Assembly: GCA_944320495.1 (NCBI GenBank)
Contig: CALUHR010000002.1
Coordinates: 1-64,000, forward strand
From: Candidatus Methanomethylophilaceae archaeon
GTDB lineage: Archaea; Thermoplasmatota; Thermoplasmata; Methanomassiliicoccales; Methanomethylophilaceae
DNA length: 64,000 nt
Direction: 5' to 3'
In this document: positions 57,338 to 64,000 of the stretch, in pieces
How positions within the stretch are numbered: the first letter of the stretch is position 1
Layout: each line of letters starts with the position of its first letter
Notes under the pieces: generated by a model
Seen by the model: the letters and a program-made list of their open reading frames with translations, nothing else
Told to the model about the DNA's origin: nothing
Databases searched by the model: none
Program-made: the position numbers and the translations under genes

Positions 57338-58198
57338 ATGACGTTCGAGAGCATGGAATCGGAGATCCAGGACCTCAGCTTCCACAGTGCCGTCCTGAGA
57401 AGGGACTCCCGCTCCGGTAGGCATTGGGATTCAACCGTCATGAGAACCCCCGATGGGAGCTTCACCAATCTCGCCCTCATCTTCTCTGACCAGTGCCCCT
57501 GGTCCTGCGAGATCCGCGTGGACGGCGATGCGGAGTACGTCGCGACTGGATCAGTACTCGAACAGATTCATGTCGTCGGACAGCAGGTAGTCACCATCCG
57601 CCGCAGGCTTTCGGAGAAGGCTGGGACCGGGGTGACGAAGATACAGGGTCTGGCGTTCTCGGAGGTCCTGCTCAACGCCATCTGCCATCGCAGCTACTGC
57701 GATCCCTCGCCCATAGTGGTGGATGTGAATCTGGAATGCACAACAGTGACCTCCCCCGGCGGCATGATGAGACTGGGGATAAGCTACAGGGAGCGCACGA
57801 GGAACCCGCGTCTGACCGAGATTCTCGTATCCATGGGATACAAGAACACGGCCATACGCGGCATGGCGGGTGTCAGGAGGGCCTATCGCAGCTGCTAGTA
57901 CAGGCCGGAGGTAACCGTCGGGGATTCATGGAGCGTCAGCCTGCCGGGGATGGTGGAGCTCGGCTCCGCCTATGAGGGCAGGAGATGCAACGTCATCAGA
58001 TACATGCTGGGACACGGCCCCGTAGACGAGGATGAGATCGTGAGAAGGCTCGGGATGGCGGCATCCACGGCGCACGAGGTCCTGTGCAGGATGACCGACG
58101 AGGGCGTCCTGTTCTCCATGGGAGACAGGGATGACAGGAGGTTCTTCCTGAGTGACAGACCCAGATGGGCAGGCATCGCGAACGGACACCGTCACTGA
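57338..58198 (+). CDS. RecG-C-terminal-like ATP-binding domain + wHTH protein with in-frame TAG at 57896-57898 (candidate pyrrolysine readthrough)
   Basis: EVLLNAICHRSY...VTSPGG...RNPRL domain; frame stays open after the TAG (YRPEVTVGDSWSVSLP...wHTH) to TGA 58198. Confidence 0.7.
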
Positions 58199-58220
58199 GA
58201 ATTGAAAGAAAGAAGAAAGG

Positions 58221-58293
58221 TGGACAGGGCGAGATTCGAACTCGCGGCCTCTACCATGCCAAGGTAACGATCTTCCAACTGATCTACCTGCCC
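58221..58293 (-). tRNA. tRNA-Ala(GGC)
   Basis: TTACC-TT GGC AT-GGTAG anticodon arm; GGGCAGG/CCTGTCC acceptor with G3:U70. Confidence 0.95.
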
Positions 58294-58320
58294 AGCAAAT
58301 TGTGGATAGTTTCCTAGTAT

Positions 58321-59742
58321 TTATAAGTTTGTTTTGTCGAAGTCCTGGACGAGGTTGGTCTGGAACCTGTGGACCTCTCCGGGGATCGAAGTGGGGTATT
58401 TTCCATTCACACAGGCCAGGCAGAGGTCGGCCTCCTTGAACCCGATGGCCTCGACGAGGCCCTCGATGCTGATATAGCCGAGACTGTCCGCGCCGATGAT
58501 CTGTCTGATCTCCTCGACACTGTGCTTGGTCGCTATGAACTGGTCGCGGGTCTTCATGTCCACACCGTAATAGCACGGCGCGATGATCGGCGGACTGCCG
58601 ATCCTGACATGGATCTCCTTCGCTCCGGCGGACCGGAGCATCTGGATGAGCTTCTTCAGGGTGGTACCCCTGACGATGCTGTCGTCGATGATCATGATGC
58701 GCTTGCCGCTGACCGTGCTCCTGATGGGATTCATCTTCATGGAGACGGCCTGCTCCCTCTGCTTCTGGTCGGGCATGATGAAGGTCCTCTCGGCGAAGCG
58801 ATTCTTCATGAAGCCCTCCTCATAGGGTATGCCTGTCGCGGCTGAATAGCCGATGGCGTGGGCGCGTCCGGAATCGGGGATGGGCATGACCAGGTCCACA
58901 TCTGCGGGGCATTCCCTCGCCAGGATCTCGCCGATGCGCCTGCGCACCTCGTATACCTCGCTCCCGTCGATGACGGAATCGGGACGTGCGAAGTAGACCC
59001 ACTCGAACATGCAGTAGGCCTTGGGATGCTGACCGACCGCGGGATAGATCTTGAACGTGTCCTTGGTGATCTCGCAGATCTCCCCGGGTTCGATGTCGCG
59101 GACGAACTCCCCGTGGAGCGCGTCGATGGCAGCGCTCTCCGACACGGCGATGTATCCCCCGTCGAGCCTTCCGAGGCACAGAGGCCTGAATCCGTAGGGG
59201 TCGCGGATGGCGAACAGCCTGTCGTTGATGAGGATCGTGAGAGCGTACGCCCCGTCGAGCTCGCCCATCGCGGCCCTGATCGCCTTGACCGGGTCGTTGT
59301 ACATGGTCATGTACTTGCCCAGGAGCTTGGTGACCAGCTCGCTGTCAGAATCCGTGAGGAAGGTCCAGCCCTCCTTCATGTAGCGGTCCTTCAGCTCGGC
59401 GAAGTTGGTGATGTCGCCGTTGTGCGCGACGGCCACGGTACCGAAGTTGGTCATGACCGTGAGCGGCTGAGCATTCACTATGCTCTTGGAACCGGTCGTG
59501 GAATAGCGGACGTGGCCGACACCGACGTGGCCGACCGCGGCCTGCACATCCGCCTTGGGGAGGGCCAGATTGACCAGCCCGTTCCCCTTGAGGGTGTCTA
59601 TGGAGGCGCCGTTGAAAACGGAGATGCCGGCGCTCTCCTGCCCGCGATGCTGGATGATCATGAGGGCCGTGTAAAGCGACGGAGCGACATCGTAGTCGGC
59701 GCTGATGCCGACAACGCCGCAGCTGTGCTTTGGCCCTGTCAT
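58321..59742 (-). CDS. purF: Amidophosphoribosyltransferase
   Basis: CGVVG, QHRGQESAG, GHVRYST, AHNGDI, CMFEWVYFARPDS, IDDSIVRGTT. Confidence 0.97.
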   Translation of the reverse strand: MTGPKHSCGVVGISADYDVAPSLYTALMIIQHRGQESAGISVFNGASIDTLKGNGLVNLALPKADVQAAVGHVGVGHVRYSTTGSKSIVNAQPLTVMTNFGTVAVAHNGDITNFAELKDRYMKEGWTFLTDSDSELVTKLLGKYMTMYNDPVKAIRAAMGELDGAYALTILINDRLFAIRDPYGFRPLCLGRLDGGYIAVSESAAIDALHGEFVRDIEPGEICEITKDTFKIYPAVGQHPKAYCMFEWVYFARPDSVIDGSEVYEVRRRIGEILARECPADVDLVMPIPDSGRAHAIGYSAATGIPYEEGFMKNRFAERTFIMPDQKQREQAVSMKMNPIRSTVSGKRIMIIDDSIVRGTTLKKLIQMLRSAGAKEIHVRIGSPPIIAPCYYGVDMKTRDQFIATKHSVEEIRQIIGADSLGYISIEGLVEAIGFKEADLCLACVNGKYPTSIPGEVHRFQTNLVQDFDKTNL

Positions 59743-59755
59743 GAGGATCCCTCGA

Positions 59756-59926
59756 TCAGTCGCGGATCTTAGCCCAGTTGTAGGACCTGATGGTTGCGGT
59801 CTTGCCGTACCCGCAGGAGGCGCAGACGCCCTTCCTGACGTGGTAGGCGCGCTTGCCGCACCTGCGGCAGGGGATGTGAGTCTTGTACTTGTTGTGTTTT
59901 CCCTGTGCGGGTGTTCCCTTTCCCAT
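59756..59926 (-). CDS. rpl37e: 50S ribosomal protein eL37
   Basis: Not in ORF track in this frame. [56 protein letters not shown]. Confidence 0.95.
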   Translation of the reverse strand: MGKGTPAQGKHNKYKTHIPCRRCGKRAYHVRKGVCASCGYGKTATIRSYNWAKIRD

Positions 59927-60040
59927 GATCATCACTCCAGTGAATCGTGAGCGCCATCTCTCACACGCGTACGCGTGCTATACTGGACGGCGGATGGGCC
60001 TGCCTATAGGCAGGCATTATTTGAAGGTATCTGCCGGGCG

Positions 60041-61153
60041 TCAGACGAACGCGCCGATGGTGGGCGCGTCCAGACGGTCCATGTCGTAGAAGATGATGGC
60101 CTCCCTCATGCCCTCGGCGCCGCATCCGGTGCCCATGAAGTGATCGAGCAGCGACATCCTCCAGAGCAGGTCCATGATCGACACGGACAGGCACCCATAA
60201 TAGGAGTTAGACATGTCGTCCTCGTAGCCGTTCTCGTCCATCAGGGAGAAGACGCTCCCCATGAAGCTGTCCCTGGAGTTCAGCGTACGTATGTAGTCCC
60301 TCAGGACCGCGGCACCCTCCTGGTCGGGCACCCTGAGCCGGACGTCGGCGGCGTCGGCGAACGCCTTGTGGTGGAGCTCGCCCTCGTCGTCCATGACCAT
60401 CCACTCGACGGTGCCGTCCACGGCCATGAACATGTTCCAGTTCCACTGCGGGTCGCAGTACACCGGAACGCTGAGCGGATCCTCGGAGCCCATGGACTCC
60501 ATCGCGGACTCCATCCCCGCCTCCTGCAGGGACGCCATGTCAGGCTCCCTGTCCGGCTGGATGGCGCGGAGGGACATCACCGGCTCGATGGAGGCGGCAT
60601 CCATGATCCTGCCCAGGTACGAGATGTCGGAGAACATGGCGAGGTTCTCGGACACGGACATCCTCAGACCGGAGGGGTCCACCATCACGCCGGCCTCGCG
60701 GCAGTTGGCGTAGAACTCCGTGTAGACGGCCTTGGACTCCGCCATCGCGGCGTCCGCCCTCGATGATGCCAGCGCCACCACGGAGCGGGCCTCGTCCATG
60801 GCGCTGACGCCGCTGCCGGTCCAAGCCCCCCTGCATGAGAGGTCGAGCTCGACCTGCAGACGGTCGCTGGCGTAGAGGTGGAACGGGAACTGGCGGCAGT
60901 AGGCCGGCCTGTCCTTGTACACGGAGCACCTCCTCCCGTTGAGGAACGTGCAGGAGCCGCGGCCCTTCTTCAGCGCGAGCGCGGTGTAGGGCTCCGGACC
61001 CCTGGATCTCACGAGCGCCGAGGGGTGGTTCCTCTTGAAGAACGGGCGCTCCTCCGGAAGGACCTCCGGCTGGCACAGGCAGCACATGCCGCACTGAGGG
61101 GGGCACTCGACGAGCCTCCCCGATATCTCTGAGTAATCGACCTCGTAGTCCAC
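60041..61153 (-). CDS. YkgJ/UPF0153 Cys-cluster (Fe-S/Zn) protein
   Basis: CPPQCGMCC...CTFL..RRCSVYKDRPAYCRQFPF; GTG start at 61153. Confidence 0.85.
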   Translation of the reverse strand: MDYEVDYSEISGRLVECPPQCGMCCLCQPEVLPEERPFFKRNHPSALVRSRGPEPYTALALKKGRGSCTFLNGRRCSVYKDRPAYCRQFPFHLYASDRLQVELDLSCRGAWTGSGVSAMDEARSVVALASSRADAAMAESKAVYTEFYANCREAGVMVDPSGLRMSVSENLAMFSDISYLGRIMDAASIEPVMSLRAIQPDREPDMASLQEAGMESAMESMGSEDPLSVPVYCDPQWNWNMFMAVDGTVEWMVMDDEGELHHKAFADAADVRLRVPDQEGAAVLRDYIRTLNSRDSFMGSVFSLMDENGYEDDMSNSYYGCLSVSIMDLLWRMSLLDHFMGTGCGAEGMREAIIFYDMDRLDAPTIGAFV

Positions 61154-62411
61154 GGACGTCCCTTCCGATTGGTTCGCCGCAGAACTCTCCGTCCCGTACT
61201 TGAAGGCTTCCCCTGACGCAGACGCATCTCGGGAAGACGGCCGGGAACCCCCCGTAGGGGGAGTGGCCACACCTGCTGTGCAGACGGGGCACGTCTATGG
61301 GTGCGGACCGCCTGAGGTCGAAGATCGCGAGGTCCGCATCGTAGCCCTCGGCAATCCTGCCCTTGGGGACGTCGAACAGCCTGCCGGCGTTGTACGATCC
61401 CATCCTGACCGCCTCGGACAGCTGGAGATCGCCCCTGCGGACCATCTCCATCATCATGGGCACCGCCGTCTCCACACCCGGTATGCCTGACGGCGCCTCG
61501 GCGAACGGACGGTCCTTCTCGTCGGCCGCATGGGGCGCGTGGTCGGTCCCGAGCATGTCGAACCCGCCCCCCATGAAGAGGGCGCGGAGGGCCTCCCTGT
61601 TGCGGGCGTCCCTCAGCGGGGGGTTCACCTTGTACTCGGCGCCGGGGTTGCGATCGGCGTCGAAGGTGATGTGGTGCATCGTGCATTCGGTGGAGAAGCC
61701 TGCATCCCTCGCCATGGCCAGACCCTCTGGGGTGGTCAGATGGCAGATGTTGATGCTGGATCCGCGGAAGTTCGCGGCCAGTCTGGAGATGGCCTTCCAC
61801 TCCGCTTCGGCCGGACGGTTCCTCAGGTGGTCCCTGCAGCACCGCTCCTCCCCCTTCGATATGAAATGGTCGTCCTCAGCGTGGACGCTCATGCGCCTGC
61901 CGGTGGCGAGCACGTCCCTGACCGCCGGGATCATCTCCTCGTCGTCGTCCAGGAGGATGTTCCCAGTCGTCGATCCCATGAACAGCTTGAACCCCACGAC
62001 GAGCGGCGCCAGCATCCCGGCGTTGATTCCCGCGGTGACCGCCGCGAACAGACCGTAGTCCGTGACGGCCTTCCTGCCGACGACGGCCTTCTTCTCCGTG
62101 AACGTGCGGACGTCGGTGACGGGCGGCACGGTGTTGGGCATGTCGTACACGCAGGTCACTCCCGCGTGGACCGCAGCTAGCGTCCCGGTGCCGAAGTCCT
62201 CCTTCCCGGTCATCCCGGGGTCGCGGAGATGCACATGTGGATCGATGAACCCGGGCAGCATGACGTCGCTGGTCCCCAGCTCGATCCTCCTGTCCCCTCC
62301 ACGCACCATGCTGCCTACGGAGACTATCCTCCCGTCACAGATCCCGACCTCGGTGTACCTGAGCTCCCCGTCGACGAGGGCCCTGCCGCACACCACGGTC
62401 TCGATGTCCAA
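61143..62411 (-). CDS. pyrC: Dihydroorotase (ends at CGA 61145-61143; standard-code end 60540)
   Basis: PGFIDPHVHLRDPG, DMPNT, KLFMG, HAED, KVNPPLR, GTDHAPH, GIPGVET; 422 aa; TTG start. Confidence 0.93.
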
Positions 62412-62997
62412 TGTCCTCCCTCCGGACGATGTCGCCGCGCGGGGTGGTCTCGCGCCAGGCCTCGCCCGTGAAGGTCTCTATCCTGGCCCCCTCGCGCCTC
62501 CATGTTCCCGGCGGGAGACCCGCCTTCATGCAGAGATGGTCGAGGTACTCCTCCTTGTCCCAGCCCTGCTCAACGGGGACCTGCGGGAGGAACAGCCCTC
62601 TGCGGCCCATGAACGATAGTATCAGCCCGTCGCGTCCGATGACGATGCTCTTCAGAATCCCCTCGGGCGTGTCCGCGCGTATCGCCTCCGGCCTGCTCAG
62701 GACGGTGACCTCGACGGTCACGCCGCCGAGCTCCCCGGGGGACAGGCGGGGGAACCTCGGATCGTTGCAGGCGGATCCGGCCGCCTCGACGATAGCCCTG
62801 CCCAGCGGCATCACGGGCATGGGGATCCCTATGCATCCGCGGAGCTCTCCGGCTGGGAACGTGTCCAGGGTGACGAACGCCCCTGCGGAGTCCGAGAAGG
62901 CGCCGATGTCGGGGATCGCCGGTGCCGGACGGCCCGAGGCCTCGGCCTCCACGGCCGATCTGGCCAGTCTAACTGCCTCCTCGCCCTGGAGCATCAT
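62401..62997 (-). CDS. AMMECR1-domain protein (ends at CGA 62403-62401; standard-code end 62335)
   Basis: GAFVTL...LRGCIG...DPRF...EVTVLS...GRDGL...GLFLPQVPVEQGW..EEYL..LC.KAGL. Confidence 0.93.
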
Positions 62998-63449
62998 CGC
63001 TCACCGACACCCTTGAAGACGCCGTCCGCGTCCCTGCGGTCGTCGGAGACGATCTCGACCCTCTTGGGGGCCTCCCTGCGGCATTCGTGGGCCCTGCAGG
63101 CGGCGTCCTTCATGGTGGCCTCGGTGCTGCGGAACCCGTCCCTGACGGGAGCCGGCATGGGAGCGCGCTCCATCAGGGCGCTCATGCCCATGAAGAACTC
63201 CAGGCCCATGTTCACGAAGTGCCTCTGCACCTCGGGGTCTGTGAATGCCGAATAGGCAGTGCGGGCGAGGTCCTCCGCCCTGGCGCGGGACTCGTCGGCG
63301 AATCCCCTGGCGTGCCCGTAGGCCTGCCTGGCCGCGTCCCTCTCGGCATCGACGAACTCCCTGGCGGCGCTCTTCTGCGTCTCGATCATCCTCTCTATGA
63401 GGTCCCTGTTGTTTGCGACGAACGCCTCGAACTCTTCATCTGTGGTCAT
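62997..63449 (-). CDS. Hypothetical helical protein downstream of ArsA-like ATPase (CGA 62999-62997 directly before TGA)
   Basis: 150 aa, A/E/R-rich; translationally coupled on both sides. Confidence 0.78.
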
Positions 63450-64000
63450 AGTAGACCCTCCTGAACTTGATAAGGAGCTTATCGCCCTTGAACTCTGCCC
63501 CGTCTATCTCCGAATCCATCATGACGTCGGGCAGCTGGACGTTGATCTTCTGGCTCCCGACATGGACCATCAGGGTGCTGCGGTCCAGCCTGAAGAGCTC
63601 GACCTCCTTCGAATCCACGAAGGGCATGCGGATCTCGACGATGTCGTGGTCCCCGGAGGTCACGAACCTCATGGGGCTGGCCTCAGAGTAGACCGCGGCG
63701 GGATCGCCGTCGCCGTAGATCAGGCGCGCCATCTCCCTGAGCTTCTCCTCCCCGCGGAGCTCGGTGCGCATCATGGGGCACCCCTTGATGACCATGGGGT
63801 CGAACGCGCTGTGGATCAGCGCCATGTTCTCCTCCTGCTCGGCGAACCTCTCCCTCAGGAACTCCGACTCGGACGCCTCCGGGGGCAGAATGCGGTTGAC
63901 GATCAGCGCCTCGACGTTCTTGTTGTAGAGGCTGAGGTAGGTGTAGGCGCGCATGGTCTCGCGGATGACCATCTTCTCCGGGTTCACCACGAGGCGGACG
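63436..64000 (-). CDS. ArsA/GET3-family ATPase with C-terminal HSP20-like domain (C-terminal part only)
   Basis: VRLVVNPEKMVIRETMRAYTYLSLY...NRILP...ELRGEEKL; beta-rich C-terminal domain. Confidence 0.88.
   Translation of the reverse strand, partial: VRLVVNPEKMVIRETMRAYTYLSLYNKNVEALIVNRILPPEASESEFLRERFAEQEENMALIHSAFDPMVIKGCPMMRTELRGEEKLREMARLIYGDGDPAAVYSEASPMRFVTSGDHDIVEIRMPFVDSKEVELFRLDRSTLMVHVGSQKINVQLPDVMMDSEIDGAEFKGDKLLIKFRRVYYDHR

Noticed and set aside
60540-62411. Dihydroorotase with a unique 200-aa C-terminal domain
   Set aside because: The tail is an out-of-frame reading of ykgJ with shadow-ORF composition, starting right after CGA.
11852-62999. Random sequencing errors or independent stop-loss mutations as the cause of terminal CGAs
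   Set aside because: Thirteen cases of the same codon, with no CAA, CAG, TGG or TCA equivalents noticed and otherwise intact genes, is unlikely by chance. It cannot be fully excluded without reads.
1-64000. CRISPR array, IS/transposase, integrase or prophage
   Set aside because: No regularly spaced repeats and no DDE, tyrosine or serine recombinase motifs seen; the tRNA 3' ends show no duplicated att sites that I could find.
1-64000. Selenocysteine (TGA) readthrough
   Set aside because: TGA is the dominant true stop; no intact gene needs an internal TGA.

Overview
Gene-dense, GC-rich core-chromosome window of an archaeon. It is most likely a Methanomassiliicoccales (Methanomethylophilaceae-like) methanogen, judged from the MtxX/methanogenesis marker 4, L10e/L37e/L41e, Dph2, Rpp21, Sec61beta, the archaeosine genes, a stand-alone 5S rRNA and a tRNA-Trp with a box C/D intron. 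I count about 74 protein genes, 6 tRNAs and one 5S rRNA, and see no CRISPR array, transposase or prophage. Main observation: the organism appears to use CGA as a STOP codon. In 13 of about 73 gene ends, the first in-frame CGA falls where the protein family normally ends. Standard-code translation instead gives tails that run deep into neighbouring genes, over tRNA/5S TATA boxes, or into false fusions. My manual read of more than 30 gene bodies found no internal CGA, while CGG is used as Arg. No real gene here ends in TAG, and one gene carries an in-frame TAG in mid-domain (candidate pyrrolysine). The inferred code is stops = TGA/TAA/CGA and TAG = Pyl. CDS coordinates below end at the CGA where this applies, with the standard-code end noted. 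Also present: bacterial-type CsoR and YtrA operators, recurring UUCG/GNRA hairpin terminators and two candidate structured RNAs.
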